Shown one piece after another: positions 8,985-18,228 of a stretch of DNA of 64,000 bases; the stretch's first letter is position 1, and each line of letters starts with the position of its first letter. The stretch covers positions 192,001 to 256,000 of the forward strand of contig JAVYWL010000002.1 in the NCBI GenBank assembly GCA_038727135.1, in the 5' to 3' direction. The stretch comes from Candidatus Bathyarchaeia archaeon. Lineage in GTDB: Archaea; Thermoproteota; Bathyarchaeia; Bathyarchaeales; Bathycorpusculaceae. The position numbers and the translations under genes are program-made. The notes beneath the pieces are model-generated. The model was given only the letters and a program-made list of their open reading frames with translations, was not told the DNA's origin and searched no databases.

Positions 8985-10208
8985 CTATTTTGTAGCAGTC
9001 CTATGCTCCACAAAAGCTCTGATTTGCATGATAGATGCGTCTGACTTTATTCCCTTTGGGTTAAAATGGGTTAACGAAGCCTTAAAGCCCTTTTCTCTTA
9101 AGGTTCTAATGAAAACTTTGACGGACGGTACCGGCATGCCCATTTTACTACAGATTTTGTCTAAAACGTAATATGTTGCTGGAGCCGAACACTCATTCTC
9201 AATCAGTAGCAAGATTTTCCTAATCCTAGTTTTCAATTTGAGATTCCTTTTTTCAGCTTCTTTCTCCATTAAAATACAGAAGCTTTTATCGGCTGTATTT
9301 CCAAGCCATAATGGTCCAGCATAATCCATTTTCGAGCCACATTGTGGGCATTTTCCGATGTTTCCAAATGCAACATTTTTGTTTAGGGTTTCCCTATAGA
9401 GGCAGTTGAAGCAGTGGAGGATGTATCCCATGTTTTTGAGGCTTTTGTCTGTGTTTTTTGCGCCGTGAATTAGGACTGCGTAAACGCGTATGTAGTGGTC
9501 TGTGCTGTGGCTGAAAAGCACTTTTATGCCCATCTCATGTTTTGCTGCTGTTGTGGCTAAGCAGCCTATCAATAGCCTAACAGCCAGCTCGTGGCAGTAT
9601 TCCGTTCTGAGGGGTTTCCCGCCGTATTTCCGTAGGCAGGCTTTTGGGTGTACTCCGCATAGGGGGGCCATGTCTGTGGCTGTTAAAGCCAGTAAACCGC
9701 CGTCTCGGGTGGCGCGTATGGCAGAATCCAAGAAGGGCACAGGAGAACCGAAGGGATCTATGTCTATGACGTCGAAGCGTTTCCTTGGCGCGGCATAACG
9801 AGCTAATAGAAGATTAGCATCCTCATTTTTAACGGTCACAATTTTCTCCAGTCTGTTCATTTTCACGTTATATTTTGCAAGCTGGTAAGCCTTCTCGTTG
9901 ATGTCGTTAACCACAACTTTTTTTACGCCATCCACTTCTTTTGCGAATCTTATGCCCCTTATGCCGCATCCCGCCAGTGGCTCACAAATGGAGATTTCAT
10001 GTTTCACCATTTTTTGGTAGGCTTGAACAGCTAGAACAGCTAAGTCTCGGTTTAGCTCCATGACCGGATTGTAGAAGACCGGAGCCTTTGAAGGCGCATA
10101 CTCGCCCGGCTTTTCAATAAAGGCTGAAAGCTTCGGCACAAGCGCCTTAACTTCGCCTTCTTGGACAATTTCTGTTGGAAAATCTATTTTCGGCTTTCCA
10201 CAGCTCAT
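8985..10208 (-). CDS. trm1: tRNA (guanine26-N2)-dimethyltransferase
   Basis: VFYNPVMELNRD, GIRGIR, DIDPFGSP, TATD, Zn-finger CxxC..CxxC, GPLWLG. Confidence 0.95.
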   Translation of the reverse strand: MSCGKPKIDFPTEIVQEGEVKALVPKLSAFIEKPGEYAPSKAPVFYNPVMELNRDLAVLAVQAYQKMVKHEISICEPLAGCGIRGIRFAKEVDGVKKVVVNDINEKAYQLAKYNVKMNRLEKIVTVKNEDANLLLARYAAPRKRFDVIDIDPFGSPVPFLDSAIRATRDGGLLALTATDMAPLCGVHPKACLRKYGGKPLRTEYCHELAVRLLIGCLATTAAKHEMGIKVLFSHSTDHYIRVYAVLIHGAKNTDKSLKNMGYILHCFNCLYRETLNKNVAFGNIGKCPQCGSKMDYAGPLWLGNTADKSFCILMEKEAEKRNLKLKTRIRKILLLIENECSAPATYYVLDKICSKMGMPVPSVKVFIRTLREKGFKASLTHFNPKGIKSDASIMQIRAFVEHRTATK

Positions 10209-10320
10209 TTCTAACTGGATAAACCTAACAGCCCATATTAGACTTCTGGTTTATGCCTGCGCCCAAAACGTTTTAGCTGTGAATGGATGTTATGATGAAT
10301 AAACAGCAAGGTGAGGTTGA

Positions 10321-11172
10321 TTGAAGGCGTTTATATCCGTTGATTTGGAAGGCATGCCCTACATTGTCACGCCAGGCCACTTGGGTTTAAAAGGAACATT
10401 ATATGAAGAGGCTAGGAAAATAGCCACAAAGGTTACCCTTATAGTCGCCGATGAACTACACAAAAATGGCTTCGAAGAAATTGTTGTGGCAGACAGCCAT
10501 GGTCCAATGGTTAACCTCCATGTGGAAGACTTGCCGGAATACATGGAGATTGTTAGGGGTTTTCCCCGCCCGTTAAGCATGGTTGCCGGCGTTGAAGAAT
10601 GCGACGCCGCTGTTTTTCTTGGGTATCACGCCAAGTTTGGAACAGCGAAATCCTCCTTCGACCACACATATAGCGGCGGGAGCATACGGAAGGTTGAGGT
10701 TAACGGCGTCGAAGTAAGCGAATTCCTCCTGAATGCTTATGTTGCCGGGGAGTTGGGCGTTCCAGTAATAATGGTTGCTGGCGAAGCCCAGCTCATAAAA
10801 GACGATGTTAAAAGGTTTGCTTCATGGGCTGAAACAGTCAGCCTAAAAGACTCTTTGAGCAGAGTTTCCGCCAAAAGCCCAAGCATGACAAGAATTGAGA
10901 AAGAGTTAAGAGAGGCTGCCAAAAGAGCGGCGTCGAATTTTAAGCCTTACGCAGTTGACATGCTACTAACTGCAAAAAAGCCCGTTAACATGCGGATAAC
11001 CTTCCTAGTAAGCCACTTTGCAGACGTCGCTGAACTTTTGCCGACCGCCAAAAGGGTTGACGGCTTAACAGTGGAATACACAGCGCAAAGCATGGTTGAA
11101 GCCTACAAAACTTTTGAATTACTTGCACTTGCAGCAAGCGGAATGTCCGCAATCCTAACACAATTATCATAA
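10321..11172 (+). CDS. dppA: D-aminopeptidase DppA (peptidase M55)
   Basis: ISVDLEG, VADSHG, GYHA, HTYS. Confidence 0.9.
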   Translation: MKAFISVDLEGMPYIVTPGHLGLKGTLYEEARKIATKVTLIVADELHKNGFEEIVVADSHGPMVNLHVEDLPEYMEIVRGFPRPLSMVAGVEECDAAVFLGYHAKFGTAKSSFDHTYSGGSIRKVEVNGVEVSEFLLNAYVAGELGVPVIMVAGEAQLIKDDVKRFASWAETVSLKDSLSRVSAKSPSMTRIEKELREAAKRAASNFKPYAVDMLLTAKKPVNMRITFLVSHFADVAELLPTAKRVDGLTVEYTAQSMVEAYKTFELLALAASGMSAILTQLS

Positions 11173-11185
11173 AGGTTGACTAAAA

Positions 11186-11746
11186 TTGCCTAAACGGGTT
11201 CTCCTAATAACTGGAAGCCCGGGCGTTGGAAAAACAACATTATTACTTAAGGTCGTTGAGACTTTAAGGGCTAGAGGCTACAGCGTCGGCGGAATGGTAA
11301 GCCGCGAGGTTCGCTCATGTGGAACACGCGTTGGCTTTGAAATTCTAGATTTAGCTGACAATAACAGACGTGGCTGGCTTGCCCATGTACAGCAGAAAAT
11401 AGGTCCACAAGTGGGCAAATACCGCGTAAATTTGGAAGACTTGAACGGTGTGGGTGTTGAGGCAATTTTAAGGGCGGTTAGGGAATGCGACGTCATAGCT
11501 ATAGACGAGATAGGCCCCATGGAGCTCTTCTCAGAAAATTTTAGGCAGGCAGTTGCAAAGGCTTTGGAAAGCGGCAAACTCGTTATAGCTGTTGTCCACT
11601 GGAAAGCACGCGACAAACTGATAGATGACGCAAAGGCTCGGAAGGACGCCGAAATATTCAGTGTCACCTTTGGAAATAGGGACGAACTGCACAAAGTGAT
11701 TGTGCAAAAAGCCGAAGAATTCTTAAAGGGGGGAGTGAGGCGCTAA
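11186..11746 (+). CDS. Nucleoside-triphosphatase (THEP1 family)
   Basis: GSPGVGKTT, RVGF, VGKYRV, IDEIGPMEL. Confidence 0.92.
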   Translation: MPKRVLLITGSPGVGKTTLLLKVVETLRARGYSVGGMVSREVRSCGTRVGFEILDLADNNRRGWLAHVQQKIGPQVGKYRVNLEDLNGVGVEAILRAVRECDVIAIDEIGPMELFSENFRQAVAKALESGKLVIAVVHWKARDKLIDDAKARKDAEIFSVTFGNRDELHKVIVQKAEEFLKGGVRR

Positions 11747-11801
11747 AGCTTTAACCATCCCCCGAGCTTATATTGGATGTAGCGTTTGAAGGAATCCTCC
11801 A

Positions 11802-12464
11802 ATGTTGGTTGCTGGTGTTGATGATGCCGGACGCGGCTCCGTCATAGGACCGCTGGTAATAGCTGGAATCCTAATAGATGAGGGAGACATTCCAAAACTT
11901 GTCCAGCTGGGCGTTAAAGACTCAAAACTTCTCTCGCCCAACAGAAGGGAAACGCTTGCCGTTGAAATTAAGAGCATAGCCAAAAAACACGCCGTTGTGA
12001 AGCTTTCACCATCAGAGATTGACAAGGTTGTGGAGGGGGGCAGAAAACTTTTTAGGCTTAATAGGCTGGAGGCACAGGCAATGGCGAAGGTCATAGAGCT
12101 TCTTAAGCCGGACATCGCCTACGTGGACGCCTCAGACGTTCTGGAGGAACGCTTTAAACAACAGATTCTGGAATACCTACCCTTCAAAGTTGAGATAGTC
12201 TCGGAGCATAAGGCTGACCGTAAATATCCCGTTGTTTCAGCCGCTTCAATAATAGCAAAAGTTGAAAGGGACCGCGAAATAGCAGAGCTGAAAGCCAAGT
12301 ATGGTGACTTCGGATGTGGCTACCCAACAGACCCGAAAACTTTAGCTTTTCTCCGCCGATGCCTAGAAAACTTTAAGGAGTACCCCGATTTTGTCAGAAG
12401 GTCTTGGAAACCAGCCAAAAAGATTAAGCGGGAAAACGACGCGCAGCAGACAAGGCTTGCTTAA
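11802..12464 (+). CDS. rnhB: Ribonuclease HII
   Basis: GVDDAGRG, VKDSK, KAD..YPVVSAASIIAKV.RD, GYPTD. Confidence 0.95.
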   Translation: MLVAGVDDAGRGSVIGPLVIAGILIDEGDIPKLVQLGVKDSKLLSPNRRETLAVEIKSIAKKHAVVKLSPSEIDKVVEGGRKLFRLNRLEAQAMAKVIELLKPDIAYVDASDVLEERFKQQILEYLPFKVEIVSEHKADRKYPVVSAASIIAKVERDREIAELKAKYGDFGCGYPTDPKTLAFLRRCLENFKEYPDFVRRSWKPAKKIKRENDAQQTRLA

Positions 12465-13405
12465 AGCTTGCACAAGTCTTCTGGACTTTTAATTTTTGAA
12501 ATTTCCTCGCTTTTGATGCATGAAATGTCCTCGTCCAGCCGGGGCTTCTGTCCATCTGTCACAAGGACCGGGTGGGCTTGAACAACCCTGCTTAGGCTTA
12601 AAATCTCTTCAACCCTGCGGTTTAATGCTTCCTCCCTGCCGTCTGCAACTCCGCCGATAATCTTCATGTTCTCCTCTGGAACAGTTATGACAAAGTCGAA
12701 GGGCGCCTTCCTAACGGCTACGATATTGTAGCCTGCAAGCTTTCTAAAAATCCTTTGAAGAAGCCTATTTCTGGTTATTATCCGTCTGGCTCTTGCCATA
12801 AGGGTTTTCCGCTGGCTCTTGGGAGCTTCAAAAATGTTAACCGGCTTTGCAACTGGAACGCCCAATGTGCAGAGAAGGTTGTAAGCCACTGTAACTGAGG
12901 CTTTAGCCATGCCCCGCTCATAGCCGTAAAGCGTCCGCCTTGAAATGCCAATTTTCTCGGCAACCTCGCCGACGGATAAGCCCAACTCTTGCCTACGCCT
13001 CTTAATGGCTTCTCCGTCAATTTCTACATAGTAGCCTCCGGGACCAGCCTGAATCAGCGGATAGATGCCCTTCAAAACGATGTTTTTGAAAGTTTTCGGA
13101 GTGATAGCCAAAACATTGTATCTCGAATAAACAGTGTCGTCCTCTAGCGGCTTTTCACGAGTTTTCTCGCTGATGAAGAGGGATGCAGCGGAGACATGCT
13201 CTGAAATTATCCTTAACTCTAGGGAGTCGTACGGGGAGACACATCCAATGTCTGGTTGGACTTTTATGAAAATTAGGGATTCTTCCTTTCTTGCTGCTAT
13301 ATCGAAGCAGCTTGGTCTTGAACAGCACCTCTGGGAGACGGTGAAGCCGCCCTCCCTCAGTATGGCTTCTGCAGCCTTAACTTTCCCCATCTCCCTATAA
13401 GTCAT
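12461..13405 (-). CDS. Archaeal HTH transcriptional regulator (COG1395-like, central Xre HTH)
   Basis: SCFDIAAR, GPGGYYVEIDG, GLSVGEVAEKIGISRRTLYGYE. Confidence 0.8.
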   Translation of the reverse strand: MTYREMGKVKAAEAILREGGFTVSQRCCSRPSCFDIAARKEESLIFIKVQPDIGCVSPYDSLELRIISEHVSAASLFISEKTREKPLEDDTVYSRYNVLAITPKTFKNIVLKGIYPLIQAGPGGYYVEIDGEAIKRRRQELGLSVGEVAEKIGISRRTLYGYERGMAKASVTVAYNLLCTLGVPVAKPVNIFEAPKSQRKTLMARARRIITRNRLLQRIFRKLAGYNIVAVRKAPFDFVITVPEENMKIIGGVADGREEALNRRVEEILSLSRVVQAHPVLVTDGQKPRLDEDISCIKSEEISKIKSPEDLCKL

Positions 13406-13469
13406 CGGCTATTCACAAAAGAATTCACGTCGCTCTGAAATATAAAGGATATGCGCCTTTGCTTTCGCT

Positions 13470-14159
13470 TTACCTTTTAGCCACGATCATGGCGTGAGCC
13501 TTATCGTAAGGTTCCAAGTGAACAACATCCTCTATGTTGAAGCCTCTTTCTTCAAGGACGCGAACTTCCCGTTTATAGATTTCAGAGGGCTCCTTTGTGA
13601 CGTCTATGCTTTGGGCTTTCACGGCGAGCATTATCCACCCCGGCTTTTTAAGGAAGAGGTCGGCGTTGTCAGCCAAAATTTTTGCCTGCTCAGGCTGGGC
13701 TATGTCGCAGTATATGTCGTCAACCTTCCCGCGAATAAACATGGCGTATTTTTCTGGAAAGCGTGCATCTTCAAGTATGGGTAGCATGTTAACTCTGTAG
13801 GCGCAGACGTTGTTAACCAGCTCCCTTATGGCTCTCGCTGCAAACTCGACACAGTACACATATCCCTTCTCGCCGACTATGTCGGAGACATGGCTGGCTG
13901 TTGTTCCAGAAGCCGCACCCAAATATAGCACTTGATGGTTGGGTTTTATTGGAACTGCTTTGATTCCTTTGAGGATGGCGGCTGCAAGCTTGCTTCTGAA
14001 CGGGTCCCAAAGGCGGTATTCGGCGCCTTCAAAGCGTATGAGCCGCTCGCCGTAAACGGTTCTTCCGGGCGCTAGGTTTCGCGTTGCAAGTTTTTGGCTT
14101 CCATCCTCCAAGGTAGCTATAAATACTTGGGGAAATTGAGGGTGGGGTTTAACGTGCAT
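13470..14159 (-). CDS. flpA: Fibrillarin-like rRNA/tRNA 2'-O-methyltransferase
   Basis: YGE, YRLWDPFRSKLAAAI, LYLGAASGTT.SH, DIAQP; start placed at MHVKPH, overlapping the nop5 end. Confidence 0.95.
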   Translation of the reverse strand: MHVKPHPQFPQVFIATLEDGSQKLATRNLAPGRTVYGERLIRFEGAEYRLWDPFRSKLAAAILKGIKAVPIKPNHQVLYLGAASGTTASHVSDIVGEKGYVYCVEFAARAIRELVNNVCAYRVNMLPILEDARFPEKYAMFIRGKVDDIYCDIAQPEQAKILADNADLFLKKPGWIMLAVKAQSIDVTKEPSEIYKREVRVLEERGFNIEDVVHLEPYDKAHAMIVAKR

Positions 14160-15369
14160 GCCTACCCTTTCTCCACCTTTCTTTGACTTTTGGCTTTTTC
14201 TCCGGCACCTTTGGAGGTTCAGCGTATTTTTGGCGTATTTCCTCAACCCTCTTTTCCAAGTCAGCCCTCAACTCTTCGCCAATGTATCTTCCGCCGAAGG
14301 CGTCGGTTCTAGCGGCTATGGCAAGCTTGCCGGCCAAGGCACGGGCTATTTTGCCCCTCTGCCACTTTTTGGCTTCATGCAGAAAGGCGTGCTGAAAGAT
14401 TATTCCATGTTTTGGAGGCTTGGTTCCAGTTTTAAGCGAGCGGAAAAGCGCCTTTTCAGCGCCTAAGACTTGTAGTGTGCTTGCTGGCATCTTAGCCAAG
14501 TTTGTCAATCCGCCAGCCAAAGCGATGAGACGAGCACCCAGAAGCGCTCCGGTTAAGGCTTTAATGTTGGGGGCAACCTCCTCCATGGCTGAGTCTATGT
14601 AGTCTTCCAGCTTCTGCCTAAGCTCATAAAGGTTCAACACCGTCTTGCCTAAGGCTTGAATTTGGGCTAAGTCAACCTCTGCCAAGTCTGCGCCCATCGA
14701 GGTTTGGGCTGACTTTGCTATCTGCTCAGCCTTCGACTTCGGCAAGCCCTCCTTCTCAAGCCTTTCAGCTGTGAAGTTTTCCCTAATTCCAAGGTTCACG
14801 ACGAGGCGGGCGTAGGTTTCATGCTTCTCTAGTAGGCGGTCAAGCTCTGGAAAGTGAATTCCATACCACTCCCGCACACGGCTCATGAAAAGATTTATTG
14901 TCTTATCCAGATCGTCAAGAGTCTGAATAGCCTGAGCAATTATCAAGTCCCTCTTCTCAACAGCCCTCTTAACCCGTAGTTTGGCGATTTCCATTGTCAC
15001 GCTGTGCGTCCAAACACGGAACTCCTCATAATCCTTAACAAAGCCTGTTTCTATGGCGAATCCTTCTACATTAGAGCGGAGCATTTCGCCAGCTTCAGAA
15101 ACCTTCGAAACCTCAACCTCAACGCCAAACTTTTCCTTAACGTCCACCGCCAGAAGGGGGTTCTCAAAAACAAAAGTGCTGTAGCCCAAGCCTTTCAGAT
15201 GGTTTATGAGGTCGGCAACCTCTTTTACAGCCTTTCCAGACTCTATCTCAACTATCGTTTTCGCAGCTTCATCAGGCTTTTTGCTAAAAAGCGAATGAGC
15301 CACAAGCCTATTACCCTCGTCGAAGGCTAAAACCCCAAACAAAGACTGAATTACTGCCGCCTTCATCAT
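14149..15369 (-). CDS. nop5: C/D box sRNP subunit Nop5 (NOP56/58)
   Basis: REWYGIHFPEL, PASTLQVLGAEKALF, PKHGIIF, RGKIARALAGK. Confidence 0.95.
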   Translation of the reverse strand: MMKAAVIQSLFGVLAFDEGNRLVAHSLFSKKPDEAAKTIVEIESGKAVKEVADLINHLKGLGYSTFVFENPLLAVDVKEKFGVEVEVSKVSEAGEMLRSNVEGFAIETGFVKDYEEFRVWTHSVTMEIAKLRVKRAVEKRDLIIAQAIQTLDDLDKTINLFMSRVREWYGIHFPELDRLLEKHETYARLVVNLGIRENFTAERLEKEGLPKSKAEQIAKSAQTSMGADLAEVDLAQIQALGKTVLNLYELRQKLEDYIDSAMEEVAPNIKALTGALLGARLIALAGGLTNLAKMPASTLQVLGAEKALFRSLKTGTKPPKHGIIFQHAFLHEAKKWQRGKIARALAGKLAIAARTDAFGGRYIGEELRADLEKRVEEIRQKYAEPPKVPEKKPKVKERWRKGRHAR

Positions 15370-15439
15370 CCAACCTCAGAGTCTAAAATACTATTCTATT
15401 AGGCTTGGATAGATAAAGGATTCTGAAGAGAAATCCGTT

Positions 15440-15712
15440 TCACTTCTTGACACGGCGAATTTCGAAGACAACAGGGTTTTCTGGGTCGGGGCAAGCGTTG
15501 TATATGATGTCCTTATCTTCAGCCCATGGAAACTCCACGCCATAGCGCATGGCATAAACCTTTGGAAGCAAAACCATTAATGCGCTGTAGCATATCTCGC
15601 CCTTAATGGATTTCCCGTCAAAGACTATTTTATCGCCAACTTTGTGCCCAAAGGCGCATTTCCCCTTTTGACTTTTAACAGCAACTTCAATAACAGACAT
15701 AAGGCTATTCAC
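15440..15712 (-). CDS. TIGR04076-like small Cys-containing protein
   Basis: GKC..GHKVGD, IC..A, CPDP..PVVFEI. Confidence 0.75.
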   Translation of the reverse strand: MNSLMSVIEVAVKSQKGKCAFGHKVGDKIVFDGKSIKGEICYSALMVLLPKVYAMRYGVEFPWAEDKDIIYNACPDPENPVVFEIRRVKK

Positions 15713-15818
15713 CTCGACATTAAGTGGTTGTCTATCCCCATTTTAGGCTTTTGTTGTTTGAAACTAAACTTTATCTCTTTAAAACGCAATCACTTTAGAA
15801 GCAAGCGGTGAAAACCTG

Positions 15819-16742
15819 GTGGGAAACGAAGATTTAAAGGTTAACCTCGCTGGCTTATGCCTCAAGAACCCCACGATGTTGGCTTCTGGAATTTTGGGGT
15901 ATTCAGCGCAAACCCTTGAAGGCATCGTTAAGGGCGGAGCTGCTGCGGTGGTAACAAAATCCGTGGGGTTAAGGGCTAGAAAAGGCTATGCAAATCCAAC
16001 AGTTGTCCAAACTAATTGCGGCTTGATAAACGCTGTGGGGCTTCCTAACCCCGGGATAGAAGAATTCACAAAGGATATTCAAGAAGCAAAGAACCTTCTG
16101 GAAGTGCCTTTAATAGTGAGTGTTTATGGGTTTTCAGCAGAAGAATACTCCGTAGTCGCAGAGAAAGCCGTGGAGGCTGGCGCTGATGCTGTTGAGCTTA
16201 ACGTCTCATGTCCCCACGTCAAGGAGACTGGAGCCGAAATAGGACAGAAGCCAGAAGTTTTAGCCGAAGTTGTTAAGAAGGTCAAAGGCGCCATTGACAA
16301 GCCAGTTTTTGTCAAACTTTCGCCAAACGTTACAGACATTGGGGAAGTCGCCGAGGCAGCCGTTAAGGCTGGCGCAGACGCTATAACAGCCATAAACACG
16401 GTGAAAGCCATGGCAATAGACGTTGAAACCACAAAACCGATTTTAAGCAATAGGAAGGGCGGACTATCCGGACCAGCCATAAGGCCTGTGGCTGTTAGAT
16501 GCGTTTACGAAATCTATGAACGAGGTGTTAAAGCACCCATAATTGGATGTGGCGGCATAACCAGCTGGCGGGACGCTGTGGAGTTTATGCTGGCTGGAGC
16601 CACAGCCATCCAAATTGGAACAGCCATAGCCACTAAAGGACCAAGCGTTTTCAAGGCGGTGGCAAGAGGGATGCGGGCTTACTTGAAAAGGAGGGGCTTT
16701 AGGAGCGTGACTGAAATTGTCGGCTTGGCTCACAAAAGCTAA
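15819..16742 (+). CDS. pyrD: Dihydroorotate dehydrogenase (family 1B) catalytic subunit
   Basis: KNP.MLASG, NAVGLPNPG, ELNVSCPH, KLSPN, INT, GGLSG. Confidence 0.95.
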   Translation: MGNEDLKVNLAGLCLKNPTMLASGILGYSAQTLEGIVKGGAAAVVTKSVGLRARKGYANPTVVQTNCGLINAVGLPNPGIEEFTKDIQEAKNLLEVPLIVSVYGFSAEEYSVVAEKAVEAGADAVELNVSCPHVKETGAEIGQKPEVLAEVVKKVKGAIDKPVFVKLSPNVTDIGEVAEAAVKAGADAITAINTVKAMAIDVETTKPILSNRKGGLSGPAIRPVAVRCVYEIYERGVKAPIIGCGGITSWRDAVEFMLAGATAIQIGTAIATKGPSVFKAVARGMRAYLKRRGFRSVTEIVGLAHKS

Positions 16743-17544
16743 CAAGCTAAGAACTACACGCCTTCTAAGCATTAAAGCGGAAAGCCCAACAGTTAAAACC
16801 TTCACTTTTAAGGATGGGTTGTGCACAAAAGCCAAGCCCGGACAGTTCCTAATGCTTTGGATTCCCGGAGTGGACGAAATCCCACTCAGCATTTTCGACA
16901 CAAACGAAAGGGAAGGAGTGGTCTCCGTAGCCGTTAAAAGGGTCGGCGAGGCAACACAAGCGCTCCATGACAAAAAGGTGGGCGATATAATAGGCGTCCG
17001 CGGACCCTTTGGAAACAGCTTCACGCTAAGCACTGGCAGAATCCTCATGGTTGGAGGCGGAATAGGCATAGCACCACTATCGTTTCTAGCCAAGAAACTG
17101 GCATCTTCTAAAAAGGCAAAAATTACAATGGTTATGGGTGCAAAGACAAAGAGCGAACTTCTATTCTTGGAAGAGTTGAAGGAAGTATGCGGTGAGGCAA
17201 ACGTCCTGACAGCAACAGAGGACGGAAGCTACGGCGTGAAGGATGTGGCTTCAAACTTTGCCGAAAAAGTTTTGACCATGGAAAAATTTGACATGGTCTA
17301 CACCTGTGGTCCAGAACAAATGATTCGAAAAGTTTTTGACCAATGCGAAAAGCATAACGCTTTCATGGAGGCAAGCCTAGAACGCCTAATGCGCTGCGCC
17401 ATAGGCATATGTGGAAGCTGCATTATTGGCAGATTCCGAGTCTGCAGAGACGGACCAATATTCAACACGGAACAACTAAGAACAGTTAAAGATGAGTTTG
17501 GAGTTTGGAAGCGCGACTTTAACGGGAGAAGGATACCAGTATAG
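16717..17544 (+). CDS. pyrK: Dihydroorotate dehydrogenase electron transfer subunit
   Basis: PGQF, GPFGN, GGGIG, CGP, CAIGICGSC..VCRDGP. Confidence 0.93.
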   Translation: MSAWLTKANKLRTTRLLSIKAESPTVKTFTFKDGLCTKAKPGQFLMLWIPGVDEIPLSIFDTNEREGVVSVAVKRVGEATQALHDKKVGDIIGVRGPFGNSFTLSTGRILMVGGGIGIAPLSFLAKKLASSKKAKITMVMGAKTKSELLFLEELKEVCGEANVLTATEDGSYGVKDVASNFAEKVLTMEKFDMVYTCGPEQMIRKVFDQCEKHNAFMEASLERLMRCAIGICGSCIIGRFRVCRDGPIFNTEQLRTVKDEFGVWKRDFNGRRIPV

Positions 17545-17562
17545 AGTAGCAGAAGGCTTAAG

Positions 17563-18102
17563 ATGCCAATTACGCCCCTCCACGCAACAGCCCTATTCTT
17601 CCTATACTTTAGGGATAGAAGGCGCATCGACCCTTTGGCATTGGCGGTTTCAACAACCTTCATAGACCTTGAACCCTTCTACTACATTCTCTTAGGCGAG
17701 TCCCTAGACCATCGGGTTTGGCACGGCTTCACATTGGCGCTAACCTTGTATCCTATCCTGGTGACCATTGGAGTTTACGTGGCGGAAAGCCTTTTTGAAA
17801 ACAAGTTATTGACGGCCTACAAGTGGTTGGAGCTTAATCCTGTTAAGGCGAAATATCCGCTACTCAACATTTATCTGTTAAGTCTTTTTGGCGGGTTCAG
17901 CCACATATTCCTAGACATGTTCACCCATCATGAAATGTTTTGGGTTTTATACCCGTTTGCCAATGGCAATCCTCTCTACAATTGGCAAGCCGCAATAATC
18001 GTAGAAGCCACAGTAATCATGTTATCCATTTATTCGCTGTGGTGTTGGCTGAAAAGTATAGGAGGGGCTACGCGTATTGGCTTTTCTCACAACCAAAAAT
18101 AG
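17563..18102 (+). CDS. Membrane protein, DUF4184/metal-dependent hydrolase-like
   Basis: MPITPLH, DLEP, H..H, SHIFLD.FTH, several TM helices. Confidence 0.7.
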   Translation: MPITPLHATALFFLYFRDRRRIDPLALAVSTTFIDLEPFYYILLGESLDHRVWHGFTLALTLYPILVTIGVYVAESLFENKLLTAYKWLELNPVKAKYPLLNIYLLSLFGGFSHIFLDMFTHHEMFWVLYPFANGNPLYNWQAAIIVEATVIMLSIYSLWCWLKSIGGATRIGFSHNQK

Positions 18103-18228
18103 ATAGAGAGGGTACCCAATTTAGGCTTCTGCCCAGCCCTAAATTTGATTGTCAGAGACGCCTAATTCAAAAAGGTTATATTTGGCTTGGGCTATTTTGT
18201 TGTGTTTGCGGGTGCGCTGTGATGAAAG

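Noticed and set aside
18145-18172. Degenerate additional dif-like site TTGATTGTCAG-AGACGC-CTAATTCAAAA and adjacent 8-bp inverted repeat (18118-18145)
   Set aside because: Only about 7/11 matches per arm, and no partner site on the other side of the DUF4184-like gene
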